Assembly: GCF_964355755.1 (NCBI RefSeq)
Contig: NC_092676.1
Span: 15,890,871-15,954,870 of the forward strand
Direction: 5' to 3'
Length of the DNA: 64,000 bases
From: Antedon mediterranea
Taxonomy: Eukaryota; Animalia; Echinodermata
The position numbers and the translations under genes were made by a program. Of the stretch, positions 29,990 through 44,339 are shown one piece after another (the first letter of the stretch is position 1; each line of letters starts with the position of its first letter). The notes under the pieces are model-generated. The model was not told the origin of the DNA. It did no database searches and was given only the letters and a program-made list of their open reading frames with translations.

Positions 29990-30400
29990 GCGTGTACTTT
30001 ACACGGGACTTCACAAAATATAAATTATGATAAAAATGATGTTAAAAAAAGAGAAGATGGTGGTGCTCTCAAACGTCCGAACTATGTGCCTATCTTGCAC
30101 TGCACGATGCATTGGGTAGCTTTCATCCTCCAAAATGCAATCAAAAAATTGCTGCAAGTAGATTGATTCCACCGCAATTTGGTACACGCCCAACATCCTC
30201 TCTACCTTCCTAACCACCCTATCAGTTACTTTGTCAATGTAGCATCCACACCCTGTGATACACTACGACCTAACCTCATCTGTGTCTGTATTGTATTGTT
30301 TTAATTTTTTTTTAAAGAAGCTTTTGACACAAGTCAACTTTATGAATGCTTGCTGAACTCGTTTACTGAGAATAGTCGAAAGGCATAGCAAAGGGGTTGA
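29990..30400 (-). mobile_element. decayed LINE (L2/Rex1-like) ORF2 C-terminal fragment
   Basis: Translates to DRVVRKVERMLG...ESIY...ILEDESYPMH, resembling the post-RT region of L2/Rex-Babar elements. Confidence 0.5.
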
Positions 30401-32165
30401 ATGGGATCAAAGAAAAGAGAAAATAGGGGGAGTTTATATTGTTGACTCTGGAAAAATCCCCTCTAGGTGTTTGAGATTGTTCAATAATTACAATGCTTGA
30501 CTTGTGAGTCAAAGTCACATTTTCCGACTTTGATATTTGAGCATTGAATAAAATTCACACAGATTCAGTCCATGCACAGAAATTATGTTTTTGTTGTAAT
30601 TTTATTACCTAACTTACATTTTCCGCTAGGAACGAATCAAATACTTTCAATATCATTATTATTTCGTCAATAGAATAGTGCTACAATTTTCATGTAGGAT
30701 TATGTGTCTATTAAGTTGTTTGATTTCCATAAGCAATGTAAATTGATGTACTGACAACATGTCTAAATGATGTGCTACATGTTGACCTAGCATGGGATAT
30801 AATAGATGAGTATAAACTATACAGTAAAGTGAAACGATGTTACATTATTACACATTTTGATTTGGCGGAGGCCTATCAAGAAAAATTGACTGAGCTAAAT
30901 GTCACATACATAGAAAAATTATTTGGAATGTAACCTTTCTGTTTAAAGGTTCAAAACGGTGAAATATTATGTAATAATCCAAACCTCTGTTACATGTTAT
31001 TATTGTTTATACATAACCACTGGGCCATCCTAATCAGCTTTCTCTATCCTAACAATGGATTCAAATCCAGTGAAATTCCAAAAGAAATTTGAAACCCCAA
31101 AAAACAAGTATACCCCCTGGCAAGTGACTCAATTCTATGGATTTAAAAAGAAGTTAAGAATACCTAGGATAATATCTATTGTTATAATACACCCCGACTT
31201 TTATTTCAATAGGTTATGGAAAAGGACTATAATTTTCAAAGTAGGATTACCCTTGATGTTGGAATAGAGAACATTCACGGGGCTTAGGTTTTCTCTTTAC
31301 ATATCTTTTGGTTCATTTAATTAATCATTTGATTGTTTTAGCTGTCAAACCAGAAAAAAAGCCTTTGTTTTCATTATTTTAAACCAAATATTTTGTGTTC
31401 TCATCGCATTTTATATACATGGTTATGTCAGCGTAATGTTCTAACAATTTTTCCTTCACCAAACTAGAGTACTTGGAAATTGATTTTTTTCCAAAATCAT
31501 TATAAAAATTGTCAATATTACTGTATACACGAAAGATTCCTTGTATTAAAGAGAATGACGCCTGAAAATGTAAAAAAAGTCCTACCTACGTCATCTACTA
31601 ATTGCCTGCACCTACAATGTTATAGTAATGTTCCCACTAGGATATACACCCTACTTAATAAGAACACAAATTATTCAGAACTGATATCAAATGTTGCCAA
31701 GTTTGACATTCTCATTTTAATTTCCATAAATTTGTCAACACAGTTATTGAAAATAGGTCAACCTTATCAACACTTCTGGGATGATGTACAGTAATGTAAA
31801 TTAAACAAAAAACTTAATTGGAAAGCAGAAATTCTGTGACAGATAGCACAGTTGTCAAAGGGTGAAAACTGATATTCAAACACCTTTTTCATTTGGATAT
31901 ACCAAGAGAAATTATTAATGACGTGAAAAAATTAACGAGACCTTTGGGTGTAATAAAATATTTTACCCTAACACCTAGTTCAAGTTGCTTTATAGGCACA
32001 CTGTGTGATCTTTACATAGTCAGCAGGATTATCGTCATCATTGATGAATTCTTATATCATTAGCAGCAAAACATAATACTTTCTTATTTTGCTGCCAAGT
32101 CTTTCTGTGAGCATACTAAAAATAATTCTTTTTCATCTTTCCTAGGCATTTCTGTCTGCCTTTGA

Positions 32166-32311
32166 TTGGTTCCCACTAGAGAACGTAGATGCAACACAAG
32201 TGAGTTGACCAATGACAATTACGATAGTTAGAATAATCCATCGCATGTGATTGGTTAAATCACTTATGTTGAGCTTACGTCCTTGCATTGCGTCTAGTGG
32301 GAACCAAGCTT
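32166..32311. mobile_element. degenerate copy of the Harbinger-type MITE at 7641
   Basis: ttggttcccactag...ctagtgggaaccaagct. Confidence 0.75.
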
Positions 32312-34383
32312 TAGTGTTGATCTAGGATTTAACAAGGGAAGGGCATTTCACAAAAGTGGTAATCAAGGTGTGTAACGCTGAGAGGAGGTGGGTTTGTGAG
32401 CGGGTGTCTCTTTCCTCCCAAACGTTAGATAATTTAATTTATAAATCAAATACTTTCGATATACAGTCAGTTTAGTCACTCTCCTATATTTCCTAAATGG
32501 TCCAACATTTCTTTTTTAACTAAAATGCATTCTGAAAGTTAAACTTTCTGGAAAACCAAAAAGTTTGGCGGTTTGGGTTGACTTTTTACAGTACTGAGAA
32601 AGTATAACCATTTTTTGGCCATTATTCTTTTCTTTTGTAAAAAATAATATGACCAATGACACGGATTATAGTCAATTCTGTAGTAAATTGTCTAATCATG
32701 GTAGTAGGATAAACAGAACCATTTAAAGTGAAATCCTTTTATTGTAGTATTCTGTTTTTTCATCATAGCACAGCGGGGTGATGGGAAAGTTCCATAAAAA
32801 CCTTACAAAAACATTTATAAATAGGAAAACGGATTCAATAGATAGCAAAGTCTACATAATACATTTAATTTGATAAAAAACACCTTTGCTATTCTACAAA
32901 CGCCATTAGTCAATTTTTCTACAAAGTTTCTTGTCATGAATTTGTTAGACAGGTACTTAGCCCACCAGGTGTTCTTTACACCTGAGTACACAGATACAAA
33001 TTGATCTTAAGTTCTGACATGGTTCAATGATTTTTTAAGTAACAATAATCAATCACAGCTTCTACTACTATTCTTGAATAATATATTGAATCAAAAGATT
33101 CAATACTATATAATAGTCAATTTCTCCATGGTCAATCATAGAATGGTAACTCCCTTGACAAATAGTTTTAAACTAATTAATGGTTGATGAGTGTGAAATG
33201 TCATTCATAAGCATTGCAAACAATTAGTAAATCGAAACTTAACTACTGTACAAAAATGCTTATTTATGTTGTAAATAACAAGTACAAAATGTTTATTTTT
33301 AAAAACATTTCTATTTGAAAGTCTTTTTCCAATATTTCCAATTTGGCAGTTAATTTTCAAATTAAATATTATTCAAATTGTTGGTTCTTGCAGAATTGAA
33401 ACTGTTTTTGAAAAACAGCTTTCAACCCAGTTATGTTCTACTTTTGACCAATTTGAAGACTGACACATAGGCCTATAACAAATGTAAAAATACCAAAATT
33501 TACAGTAAAACTAATTAATGTTAAAACACAATTTATTTATGTTCTGTAACTATTGTACATTGAATTGAATAAAAAAATGAATTACTATATGACCAAGTAA
33601 TAGGGGTCTAATTTGGAGCGATAGATTTACCAAAGTTGTATGTTTAAATTTAGCCTACAGTAAATTAGGGGGTGAGATTACACTTATCATCATATTATGA
33701 CGGTAATAATATTGGAGAATAAGACTAAGCTTATTGTATTAAATCGTAATTTTGAAAATTACAATTATTAATAATAAAATTTCAGCAACTTTACAAATCA
33801 CCACAATTTGTTTAACCAACAGTAAAATTTAAATTAATATTGTATATCCATGAAATGTCTATTTACGAAAATATCTACATGTTTTACTTATTATGAATTG
33901 TTAGAATTTCTTGATACAGTATCTTCAATGAAAAATTTAATACAGTACTGCAATGCATTATGCACTATTATATGGCCCTGTTTCTGCTGTATATTTTTAT
34001 AATGTAATAATATACTGTATATATATAATTCTGCTGAAGCTAGTTTGTTGGAGAACTGTTAAAAAGTTTACTTTTAATACCCAAAAGTGACCCTTCTACT
34101 ACACAATTTAGAGGCATTTGACTGTGTAGGCTTAAATTTAACTAAAAATGAACTGTATTCTGTAATCTACTGATTACATATCAAAAGTGAAATGGAGATT
34201 CAATTGCCATTATTTATAACATACAATAATCATAATAACTTTATGACGTTAACTTTGTGATGTAGAACTTCCAAGCGTTTTAAATCTGGCTAAACAAAAC
34301 AGGTCCCTGGATAGCATTTTTAGTAGGCAAGATAATAATACCATGCTCAGTAGGGGATGTCTAAATGTGTATGATAAACTTAC

Positions 34384-34698
34384 CGCTTTCGGGGTCAACA
34401 AATGTCTCTGACTAAAACCGCCAGTATCATCCTCATCTTCAGCCTCTTCCAAGATGCTGTTTGACTCAGAATTAGAACGCATATATTTAATCCTCATTGA
34501 CATTGTATTCCTAGTTAGAGGGTAAGGAAGACTAGAACTTCTCTCTTGCAGTTTAGGCCTAGCTCTACTCCTCCTCGTTCCACTCAGGGAACGTCGCAAT
34601 CTACCATCCACAACTGAACCCATAAGTTTTGAGGCAACATCAACGATAATTCCCGCGTCAAATGCTTGATAATTAAAGGCTTGCATGTGGTACATCAT
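34384..34698 (-). CDS. candidate alternative first coding exon (105 aa, Ser/Arg-rich with acidic patch)
   Basis: GC-richer open frame MMYHMQAF...HLLTPKA ending at gcg|gtaagt in phase 0. Confidence 0.7.
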
Positions 34699-37600
34699 TT
34701 GAACCTGGAGACATCACAACACTCGTCCTCTAAGCAAGCGTTCCTTCAATTGCTACTAATGAATACATAGCAGGGAGCCCTGTAGTTCACTGCTGCTTTA
34801 GATAACAAATTTTTTCCAGGGTTTGAGGTGTGTTTGTGACCTACTCTTCTCAATAATCTATCCTGTCAGTGGACAAGTACACTTAATTCTTACTGCTGTA
34901 CTTTGTCTGTTGTGCAATTTAGTGCAAATCTCAATCTCTCTAATAAAGTTATTAAAAGATTAAAATGCACTATAGAGGACTATTCAAGTTAAAGGGGTGT
35001 AAACAAATAACAAAACTTTTATTCTTGACTGACTTTGCACAAATTACACAACAAAAGATATTCTAAAACTGAATTTCAGTGCGCTGTCAATTTTTATTGA
35101 AGCGTAATCATTTATTAAAATCATTCAAGCAAATCATAATTACTAAACTTAATATGAATATTTATTAACTTAATAATATTTTTGATCTGTAAAATAGTTT
35201 ACAAAATAAATAAATCAAGATATTTTTATGATACAGTTAATTGCTGATTGCATGATTATTTTTTTATTTCATCAAAGCAAATCATAACTAATTATAAAAG
35301 ACAATTTATTAAAATATGAATATTTAATACCTTACCTATCTTTATAAAGAAATAATAAAAAAAAATAAAAGCAAAATGAAAGATAATTCCTAAAAAGGTG
35401 TGTTCCAAATGATGGAAAAAATATGCGGATTTGGAATATTTGTTAATTTTAAATAGACTATATGATATGAACCATCAACATTTGGAATCATTTGTGCATT
35501 TAACACAACAATATACAATTGTTGAAAATTATAAAAGTCTGAAGCCTAGTATAATTATAATTGTTTTCTTTAGAATAAAATCCAATTAAAAATTGAAAGT
35601 TTTTAAGCATTTTATTAATTCTTCTTATCAATAAAGTACTATATTATTTCTTCAAGGTAACAATTCTAATATAATACGGTATACAGACATATGAAACATG
35701 TTCTAATCTATACTAGAGAATTTTATTTATTTTACACCTTAAATGGGTCAAAGACCTATAAAGTGTGGAGTGAATAAACAAAGTAAACAGTCTTATTTAT
35801 TTTATATAAATAACTGTATTGATCCAAAATCATAAGACTCAAGTAAGATACGCTACCAGGTTTATTATCCTTTTATAACATGGTGTCCGGATAACTTGAT
35901 TTGTATAGTGACCAAACCAAGTTATAAAGTATTATATATGGTGAATGGGTCCAGGAATGTTGGCACTGCACCAATATACACACACAAAAAGTTAATATAT
36001 TATGAGTAGCTTTAAAACAAATTTTTGTGGTGATCAAAGATGAGTTTCATAAATTCTAAGTAAAGGATTTAGATCCAAGTTTAAGGAAACTGCTATAGTG
36101 TGCCAAGGTGAACTTTAATGATGGTTTCAATTGAATTCTAATGTTTCCATGAACATTTCAGAAATACAATTTTATAATGTAGTATGATTTATGGTAATGA
36201 TGAAACAAAATTGTTCTACTCTAAATATTTCTGCTACTAAATTGATTGATTAATAGGAAGGAGGCATAAGAAGATGGCAACTGTCACACCAAGCTGAGAA
36301 ATGAAACACTGATGTTTCTAAATAGTGCTCCAACCTCTTAACAAAACAAAAGATCTTGACAACATTGTTCTTTTTATGTCATGATTATCTTGGTTATAAT
36401 TGGTCATCCTCTCATCCAAAAAAAATATTAAGGTTTTTTGTTTATATTTTCAAAAGATAGAACCTATTATAAAATTATTATTAATATGCTTCATGATAAT
36501 TATTAGATTCCCATCAAATCAACATTGTGGTTCGTTCACAATTCGTAAAACAACATGAAAAATATTTCAACAAAAATAACGAAAAAAGTTATTAAAGTAC
36601 TGAAAGTTTTTTACCTCCATTCATTATTTTAGATTGCGACAGCTAAAAGTTGCCTCAAGGTTAAATGATATTAGAGGATGTTAATTGAATCGGCGTTTTA
36701 CCAGTGAAATTTGTCCCTTTTCAATAGACTTTCTATAAGTATCTAGTTGTTTTTATGAAGCATCATTTTAAAAATCAAAACTAGACTACTAAGAATGGAG
36801 AGTTAATTCATTAGCACTCTAAAAAGTGTCAGTCCTTTGTAAAATGTAATGTACATGTGTTATGTATGACCATTGAACCTTATGACAGTCAATCTATCAC
36901 CAAAACCATATGCATTTGATGAATTAATATGTAGCCTTCATGACTTTGCAGTTAATAATATTGCGAATTAATTAAATGTAAAACTGATGACATTATTATA
37001 TGGCACATCTTATAATTGATTTCACTTATTCAGGGTTTTAGGTACCCTCCTCGGCGACAGATCTTTAGCTACTAAACTTTGGGTTAACAAAAAAAATTCA
37101 ATATTAAAATAAAAATATATAATTTAAATCATAAAGTTCAAAATTAACATCTAATAACAGATAGTCATTCAAAAACCTGTTCATACCAGTGCAATTAGTA
37201 CTTCTTTTAACTTAAGCAGCCGCACCTTATAATCAAATGAGAAAGGTCTTTATTTTTGGTCATAATTAATAATAATAATTTACTGTACCTTTCAGAATCA
37301 GCTACCAAAAATCAATGAATAAACAAAATGGTAATGTATTACAGAAAACGATTCATAAATTGCAGTGCCTGAAAAATTGTGACACATAGCATTGAGAATG
37401 CAGTGAATATAATAACGATAAAATATAATGGTCAGCTCAGCAGGTCCAAAATAAAATTCATTCATATTTTTTTTAATAATTTTCTCTCCATTTAAACTTT
37501 CAATCACTTCCATCTTCATCAATTCCAGACTGTTAACTGTTCGCAGCCCTGACCAGCTAAATATTGGTCATGCCCTTGACTAGAAAAGTTTGAAATTTGC

Positions 37601-39962
37601 TTTAAAACAGGGAATGACACTGTAGTATTCTATCAATTAAAGAAGTCACACTTTTAACTGTGGACTGGTTCTACCAATCATCACCTCACTTTCACCACCT
37701 TGGGTCACTTACAAATGACCATGAATAAATAATTGATTGTAAATAACATACAATGTTAAGTAATGAATACAATGTTAAGTAAATAACATTATTTTGTTCA
37801 TCTGAGGTGAAACTGCCACCTTGACCATTGGTAGAACTGTTTACCTCCTCAATTTAAAACAACAGAGTAGTTTATCTTTGGGTTTAATGACAGATACATA
37901 TATAAACAATTTCTATTTCCCCTAATATCAAACAATTACAAGGTACCTTACTGATATTCATTTTTCAAAAAGACAACTTTGAAATGATGATGAGTGCAGA
38001 AGCAGCCTATTGGATCAACTATACTACTGAATAAGAAGACTACTCTACTCATAACAAATTGATGGTAAACTAATAAAGTACAAAAAAAAAGTGATGTGCC
38101 ATGGCATATGGACACGATGATGTCCCACCATTACCATATTTGGGAACATCACACTTTTTTTTGTCAATCTAATGTAGACACTATTATCATACCTTGTGAA
38201 AGGTAAATTTATTTTTAATTTAATTTTTTTATTAAGAATTTTAAATAGTTGAGCAAGTATATTTATTTTTATATAAACGATATTTATTAACGAAATGAAT
38301 TTTAGTGCTAGCTAGAAAATCCATGTTAAAAGGAAAGTCAATAAGAATGTGTAATATAATACAGATTTCTTTTACCATTCTAACAAAATGATATGCCTTG
38401 ATGGAGAAAAAAATATTGTAAACAATGAAAGCAACAAACAAACACACATTTTTGTCGCCAGATTTGGAATTGTATACTAACGCTTTTTATTACTTCTTAC
38501 CGCATTGAACAGGATTAAACAAAAAAAAAACCAAAAAACAATAGCAAAAGAAAAACAAGCTTAAATTATGATGGAATCTACTCAACTATAATCACCTATT
38601 ATATAACAATATTCATTTCTCATGAGACAAAAACAAGTGCTCTGGAAACTGTAGCAGCGCTCTCTTAACACGTGCACGAATCAAGAACGGAAATCATAAA
38701 CAAGGCAGCAAAACAATGAGTCTACGTGCACATTTGTCTTGTCCTAATAACCGTGAAGCATGCCTTTATCGGCAATGAAACAGTCAGGTATGCTTGCTCA
38801 TTTACACGACCAATGTTACGCATGACACGATTTATTAGTGTGTACAGTTTCTACTTCATTAGGAAATGGTAAATGATCAAAGGAGTAAGTTTTCTTAATG
38901 CATATTTTTTAATTTAATATTTCAAGATATGTCCACACCTCCCATGAATAGTAAAATTGAAACCATTTGCAAAACAACTGTACTGAGCTATAAACAAACC
39001 TATATATGCCTACAGTGCAAAACAACCAGAAATAGAACTTGTTAATGAATTAATTAACTTTGATGTAATTAACAATCTGGTTTCTCAAATCTGTTGTTGT
39101 TATGTCTTTCGTATGCTAAAAAAAAAAATTTTATTATTCATTTTTACATTTCTTAATTTTCTGTGTATAGAGAATTCTGTTTTTATTAGAATTATGTTAG
39201 TAGGTATATTACAACATGGAAGTTTGACGTGCATGTATAACAACAAACATGTATATATATCTCAGATTAATCTGTTAAGAAAGAAACAATGTAATCAATT
39301 AGATCAATAAACTTTTTATAACTCTTTTCCATTTTAATCGTCTTGATCTGCACCTTAATCCTAATCACATTTCAACAACTCACTGTTCTAAAATAATCTT
39401 AAACTTGACCTTAATGCTTTTTTAAACAATTTTTGCAAAAGCACTGTGTTGAATTGACTGAAGGCAAAAAAACCCATTATGAATAATAGGATTAGTGTGT
39501 CTGGTGATAAAACAGAAATGTTTTACTATCGAAAGAACTAGATTTTAGATAGAAATGAGTGGTACTGCACAGCTCCTTTCCCAATATAAAAATATATTAC
39601 AATATTTAAATTTAATTAATAAACATATTTTTTCTAAACAATAAAATGTTTAATAATAATATGATTGATATGATTGAAATTATTAAATAGTTTATCCATC
39701 CCGTAATTGGCGAGTTACTCGCTGTTGGATGAGTATGAATAAAAAAAAAAAAAAAAAAAAAAAAAAAGTGAAATTGTAAAATATTATTAATATGTGAGTA
39801 TTTAAAAAAGTATATCCTCTCTAAATTTATTGGTTTTTATTTTGCTAATACAAAATTAACTAGCTCCCTCACAAATTTTTCCCTCACATGATACAAACTT
39901 CACCACAATATGCGAATCAAATGCATCGGGTATAAAAATGCATCGTACGTAAAACTATTGGC

Positions 39963-40446
39963 GGCATATGTCATGCCCCCACCCCTACAACATTACTCAC
40001 TCCTTGGGCATATGTCATGCCCCCACCCCTACAACATTACTCACTCCTTGGGCATATGTCATGCCCCCACCCCTACAACATTACTCACTCCTTGGGCATA
40101 TGTCATGCCCCCACCCCTACAACATTACTCACTCCTTGGGCATATGTCATGCCCCCACCCCTACAACATTACTCACTCCTTGGGCATATGTCATGCCCCC
40201 ACCCCTACAACATTACTCACTCTTTGGGCATATGTCATGCCCCCACCCCTACAACATTACTCACTCCTTGGGCATATGTCATGCCCCCACCCCTACAACA
40301 TTACTCACTCCTTGGGCATATGTCATGCCCCCACCCCTACAACATTACTCACTCCTTGGGCATATGTCATTCCCCCACCCCTACAACATTACTCACTCCT
40401 TGGGCATATGTCATGCCCCCACCCCTACAACATTACTCACTCCTTG
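39963..40446. repeat. 44-bp minisatellite, 11 copies
   Basis: Unit ggcatatgtcatgcccccacccctacaacattactcactccttg. Confidence 0.97.
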
Positions 40447-41824
40447 TTTGTAGGGTCATTCATATATTTAGTACTAGAAATTGTTTTAAACTAACTATAT
40501 CGTATAGTGTAAGAATAAAAACCTAAAACAACATTCCTACTTAAATATATTATGGAAACATAAACAAACTGTTTAGATTTATTGTTAGTAAGTTCATTAT
40601 CCTACTACAACTGTTTATGTATCTCAACATGCAACTTTCTCTACCTTGAATCTTGACCTATTAATTAATGTGTGGTAAACAATGTCCAATGTTAAGTAAT
40701 GGTCACACTTCTTACATGTGCCAGGGAAGGTACCTTGACACACACTATAGTGATATGTTTATACCACCTGCAGTTAAAACTACATTTAGGATCAAGGTTA
40801 GCAAATGTGGTGTTGACATACAAAATACAATTACCAAAATTTGAACAAAATTATAAATTAATATAGAATAAAAATATAGTTTATGAGTTGAATGAGGATA
40901 GAACATTTTCATAAGTTGACTGTCACGGCTGTCATTGAATGAATTCTCCCTCTTAAACAAATATGTACAAAACATTAAATCTTTTTGTTTATAACATTAT
41001 TTTTAACACCTATTATTTATTCCAGAGTAAACTATATTCAATTAATACAATGCTTTCATTTTTTTTTTCCATGAATCAATGTCAAATCGAAGGACATTGA
41101 AATGGGAGGCAATATTATGTATGGCACATGATACAAAATTAAACCAATCAAATGGCAAGGATACACTTAATCTACAGTACCATAAAATAAATACTGCATT
41201 TTTGCATTATTAACTCTATTAGAAATGATAAACTTTTAAAAATATAAAAAAATAGTTGAGGTATAGAAATAGACCATGAATGGAGGCATCTGAGACAGTT
41301 TAATGGAAGCAAACATTTTAAAAGGTATCTTTTGCTAAAAGTAAACAAAGTCTGGACTTAACAGTAAGTTCAAGTGCAAGTCATAGAGAAATGAATTAGA
41401 ATGCAACAATAAGATCACTGTGCTCTAAAACCTGACTGAAGCTTATGTGGATTTGTACTCAGACCAACTTACAAATTCAACCAGAAGAATTCAACCTTGT
41501 GTTATTTTATTTTTATACATCTTTATCATTAGATCTAACACATATTTTTACCACAGGTCATTGAGGTTTAAATACTATAAAATAAGCTTTATTTATTTAT
41601 TTCAACAATAGATTATAGCAGATGCAGAATCAAAATGGAAGGGGGCACATATTTTCCATAATTATGCTCTCCCTGGAAATCTTCCACTCCTCTCTGGAAT
41701 TTCAACATTACATTATAGTTATACACAGTTTATTCAATTCTGAGTTGTTAAATGTTCCTTAGGCCAATACACAGACGAGCGGTAATGGTAAACGATAACA
41801 CAAAACAAAATATAGAATCTATAT

Positions 41825-42004
41825 AAAATGTTTTTTTGAAACAAACTTACAGCACGTTTCTCATAAGATTCCTCTGATGAAGACATGTGAAACATGTCGA
41901 AAATTCAAGGTACAGGTATGTTGAATTTTGTGCTATATAATATTTAATAAGTTCGTTTAAAAAACATTACATATTTTTACCAGCACGTATGAACTTTCAT
42001 TCAA
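41825..42004 (+). mobile_element. short insertion with hammerhead-ribozyme-like core (Penelope pLTR-like)
   Basis: 13-bp direct repeat atagaatctatat at 41812-41824 and 42005-42017; internal ctgatga-a-gacatgt-gaa-acatgtc-gaaa. Confidence 0.6.
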
Positions 42005-42416
42005 ATAGAATCTATATGTTACTTTTTATGACCATTTACACAAAACATGAAGCAGACAGGCCTTCTATGTAGGACAAGGAACAAAGTTTGCTGCTTAACG
42101 TTACCACTATTAGGTAAATTGGCCTTATTTTATTTTATCCAATTTATTTATATTATTACTTATGGATTTCTTTATTACTAATACATACTAATATCACTTT
42201 TACTATTATTATTTATATCTCACAGATTTCCTCATCTTATCATTTCAAATTAATTTATACATACATAAATCAATTGTGTTGCGTAGCACTGTGTAAATGA
42301 TATATAAATTACACTGTCAAATTATTGACAGTGCTCATATTCAGAACATGATTTCATAATCACGTCGAGCATAGCTCATTGGCGAAAGTTCTATATTTAT
42401 TAGTTGTATGAAAAAA

Positions 42417-42488
42417 AGTCTCTTGCAGGATTCGAACCTGCGACCTCTCGCTTACAGGGTGAGTATCATACCACTAGACCACAGAGCC
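42417..42488 (-). pseudogene. tRNA(Thr-TGT)-like SINE head or tRNA pseudogene
   Basis: tggtctagtgg A-box, ggttcgaatcc B-box, intact T-arm; acceptor stem pairs only 5/7 and anticodon stem has a mismatch. Confidence 0.65.
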
Positions 42489-43489
42489 ATAATGGTATTA
42501 TCACATATTTTCACAATCAGTTAAAGTTTGTTATATTGATGCTTTCCGGTGGTTGTTGGGACAACCCAGTGAAGGCTTAACTAGTCAGAATGTAGTTCGA
42601 GCATTTTGTAGCTACTACATCAATTCACAAATCTATCTGTATCATCAATTCCTCTCAGGACAACTTGCTAATTCTAAACTAAAGAGGGCTCCTGAATATC
42701 AACTGGTCGAGCTGGTATAGTATTGATTGAAAGCCTATCAAGTATCAAGTATAAACAGTCATTCACAATTATAGAGGGTGCTATTTATATTATTGGCTAA
42801 ATGACAATAACAACTAAAATGATTTTATTTTTCATTGTTTTAATTTGTTTTTTCTTTCTTTTTCCTTCAAATATGCTTGACTAACAACGTCATGCCACAG
42901 CATTTTTTGTAAATATTATCTTTTCTTTTTATTTACTGTATACTTGTTACCCATCTCCTTGAGATTGTGCCTCTGATATAAAAGATAGGCCTACAAAAAA
43001 TTCAGTTTAGTTCAGACAAAAGTAGTTGTATTGTATTTAAAACTATTAGGTTCCATGTGATTTGTTTTTCTGTTCCTTTTTATTTATTGGTCGGCCCAGG
43101 TACCTTGTTATTTTTATCTATTGTTTGTTCATGTCTTGTATACTGTTATTTTGAGAAAATGTATAAGGAAGTTTTTAAATGAATATGTAAATGTAATGGC
43201 ATATGATTGGACGATCAAGACAAATCCACATTATTAGTGTAACTATCAGACATGCGCATTTAGCAAAGAATTTCCAGAATAATCAAACATTACAAACGAA
43301 TATGAACTGGTGAGAGAGGATGGTAATGGAAACATTAGGCTTTTGGTGATGTATAATTGACACAATCTAATGTAAGTTGTATTTATTATATTTGTTATAT
43401 AGTATAGGAATACTAAATGTCTCTTTGTGTACAGTACAAACATATTTTTTTTACAGAAGTTGATTACAGTATTTGTCATTTACCATTAC

Positions 43490-43812
43490 TTAAAGACACT
43501 TTTGTCTTGTTGAGTTTGTAAATATATACTTTAAAAACATTACGCTGAAAAGTTTATCTTTAATCTTCCCAATATCGCACCAAAAGTGGGTTCATCAAAG
43601 ATAAGCAAAATGAAAACATCAATCCATGCATGGTGCATTTATAGCAAGCCGCTTAAATTATTAGAATCTACTTATTTTTCACATTTTTAACTGTTTAAAG
43701 ACGAAAAAAATATAATAATATCATATCGGGGCCCATATAGTATTTAATTTGACATAAAATGCAGTTTGTGACCTTAAATTAAATGAAAAACCCATAGGAA
43801 ACATGTTTTTAA
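43490..43812. mobile_element. degenerate Kolobok-like element related to 26127-26777
   Basis: Shared segments (attattagaatc...ttatttttcacatttttaac.gtttaaagacgaaaaaa) and ttaa-bounded ends. Confidence 0.6.
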
Positions 43813-44339
43813 ATAAATCCAAAAGGCAAAAAGTACTATTCTATTTGAAATTATTTAGTGGATACAAAATATCCATATATTTGGAAGGTAAACTAATTTG
43901 CATATGAGAATAAGGTGTTTTTGTTATTAATGTAACCCTCTATAATGAATGTGACTTGGACCTTAGGTCATGTGAATATCAGAGACAAGACACAGAGAAA
44001 GGAACACAAGGAACATGGAGGAGATTTAGACTATAAAAGGGAGTAGAGAGAAATAAAATCTAGCTACCATAATAATTGTTATTCAGAGTAAATAACATCA
44101 ATAATACCATATGTTATATCGTAAATGAAATTGATTAAATTCAAGAATTTGCTATCTAAACATTGATTCATACAAATAAATTGAATAGAAACATGTTACA
44201 AAGTGAGAGAAATATACAGGTATATGAAAATCAATTATATGCATAAATTAAAGTTAAATATGCAAATAAACAGCCACCACTACAATAATTCTAATTATAG
44301 AGGTCTCAACAATTGGAAAAGGGTGTTATTAGAGTTATA

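Noticed and set aside
37298-37522. 74-aa ORF as a RhoGEF exon
   Set aside because: No DH similarity and no compatible donor before the stop
39910-40526. Three overlapping Pro/His-rich ORFs
   Set aside because: Translations of the 44-bp minisatellite in all three frames
41851-41895. Minus-strand mini-exon MFHMSSSEESYEKRA|gtaagt
   Set aside because: Lies inside the TSD-flanked hammerhead-like insertion; probably coincidental, though exaptation is not excluded
42417-42488. Functional tRNA-Thr(TGT)
   Set aside because: Acceptor and anticodon stems contain mismatches; more consistent with a SINE head or pseudogene
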